A stretch of DNA of 32,000 nt from positions 900,001 to 932,000 of the forward strand of contig NC_003551.1 in the NCBI RefSeq assembly GCF_000007185.1. The letters run 5' to 3'. Source of the DNA: Methanopyrus kandleri AV19 (GTDB taxonomy: Archaea > JAADCQ01 > Methanopyri > Methanopyrales > Methanopyraceae). A program made the translations under genes and the position numbers. Each line of letters starts with the position of its first letter. Positions within the stretch are counted from its first letter, which is position 1. The notes below the pieces were generated by a model. That model was not told the origin of the DNA, ran no database searches, and saw only the letters and a program-made list of their open reading frames with translations. Shown here piece after piece: positions 31,142 through 32,000 of this stretch.

Positions 31142-32000
31142 ATGACACTGTGTGCCAACAGTGCACAGGCTAACATTACAGTACATATCACGGTGTACAA
31201 CGATTCGGACGCATGGGATCAATCACATATCCAAGCATATGATGAGTTCCTAACGCGGTGTGAGCAAAACGGTGTCAAGGTGGCGGTGTTCCACTACCCA
31301 CACTGTGAAAACACCGCCTCCGGGATCACCGACGTGATTAAAGGACATCTCGGTCCCAACGGGGCGATCGAGTTCGTCGGCGTACACGGCACTTCGCACT
31401 CGATCGCCGGACTCCCGGAGGACGTCCAGAAGATGGAAATCCAGTACTGCTGGGAGTTCCTGGAGGATCAAGGGCTCGGACCCTATCTACGCAAGGACAT
31501 AATCTCCCCGTCGCCCGAGTGGATCATGGACGACACGTTCGTCAAGGTCTGTCAGGAACTCGGGACCCGAGAGGTGGTCTGCGGCTACAGGACGTGGGAG
31601 CTCGACCCCGATAAGCACCCGCGGTGGTACGGTAAAGACTACGACTACATCGCGGATATCATGGTGATCAAGAAGCTGAATACTAACGGGTACACCGTGT
31701 ACGTCTGTCCGGTGATCGACTTCGAGGAGCTCGTAGGTGACGTAGTGGATGAACTGGGCGTCTACAATCTCAGTAACCTTAAGACCATGCTGCGGAAGGC
31801 CATCGAAACGCTGCGCAATACTGGCGCGATTCGCGACGGTAGCCACCTTATGATGTGGGTACTCATCCACCCGTGGCAGCTAACCGAAGATATACGCGTC
31901 GGCAGGAATGACAACACAAGACCAGGTATGGAATTGATCGAAGAGTTCATACAGTGGGTCAAGAAAGGTCAGCTGGACTATGAGGTGAATGGGATTAACA
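31142..32000 (+). CDS. Partial CDS running off the right edge: secreted protein, possibly DUF2334 / polysaccharide-deacetylase-like.
   Basis: Absent from the track because it has no stop in the window. Hand translation gives MTLCANSAQANITVHITVYNDSDAWDQSHIQAYDEFLTRCEQNGVKVAVFHYPH...VGVHGTSHS...WVLIHPWQL... The frame is open from 31034, and the signal-peptide h-region begins upstream of ATG 31142, so a start at ATA 31094 after GGAGG 31083-87 is possible. The function guess is weak. Confidence 0.6.
   Translation, partial: MTLCANSAQANITVHITVYNDSDAWDQSHIQAYDEFLTRCEQNGVKVAVFHYPHCENTASGITDVIKGHLGPNGAIEFVGVHGTSHSIAGLPEDVQKMEIQYCWEFLEDQGLGPYLRKDIISPSPEWIMDDTFVKVCQELGTREVVCGYRTWELDPDKHPRWYGKDYDYIADIMVIKKLNTNGYTVYVCPVIDFEELVGDVVDELGVYNLSNLKTMLRKAIETLRNTGAIRDGSHLMMWVLIHPWQLTEDIRVGRNDNTRPGMELIEEFIQWVKKGQLDYEVNGIN

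Overview
The window looks like an archaeal chromosome segment. It fits a compact, high-GC hyperthermophilic methanogen of the Methanopyrus type, but that is inference from gene content, not a database hit. The supporting signs are very acidic proteins, GGAGG/GGGGGTG Shine-Dalgarno-like runs 3-9 nt before most starts, and the presence of CofE, DGGGP synthase, FBP aldolase/phosphatase, NAC, aIF2-beta, MCM and an MtxX-like gene. I support about 34 CDS. Two of them run off the window edges and are therefore missing from the ORF track. Most long ORFs antisense to these genes are high-GC artefacts. Housekeeping content includes argG, an ABC-2 exporter pair, a macro-domain protein, a CaCA exchanger, an AmmeMemoRadiSam-type radical SAM enzyme and its Memo-like partner, a TldD/TldE pair and gatB. 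An eight-gene co-directional array links MCM, an OB-fold/winged-helix protein, aIF2-beta, DUF424 and a THUMP methyltransferase. The best candidate for something undescribed is a compositionally aberrant ~7 kb island at about 4.8-11.9 kb. It holds five orphan genes: a basic protein, a small DUF4234-like membrane protein, a secreted protein and a membrane-anchored protein that share a triplicated Cys/Trp-rich domain, and an ~8-TM protein with segments of only 28-35% GC. The island is followed by a decayed copy of the last gene's 5' end and two degenerate repeat units. Next in interest is a ~455 bp intergenic block of 72-82% GC full of hairpins, which may be a structured RNA. All family names come from motif recognition by eye, and no searches were run.
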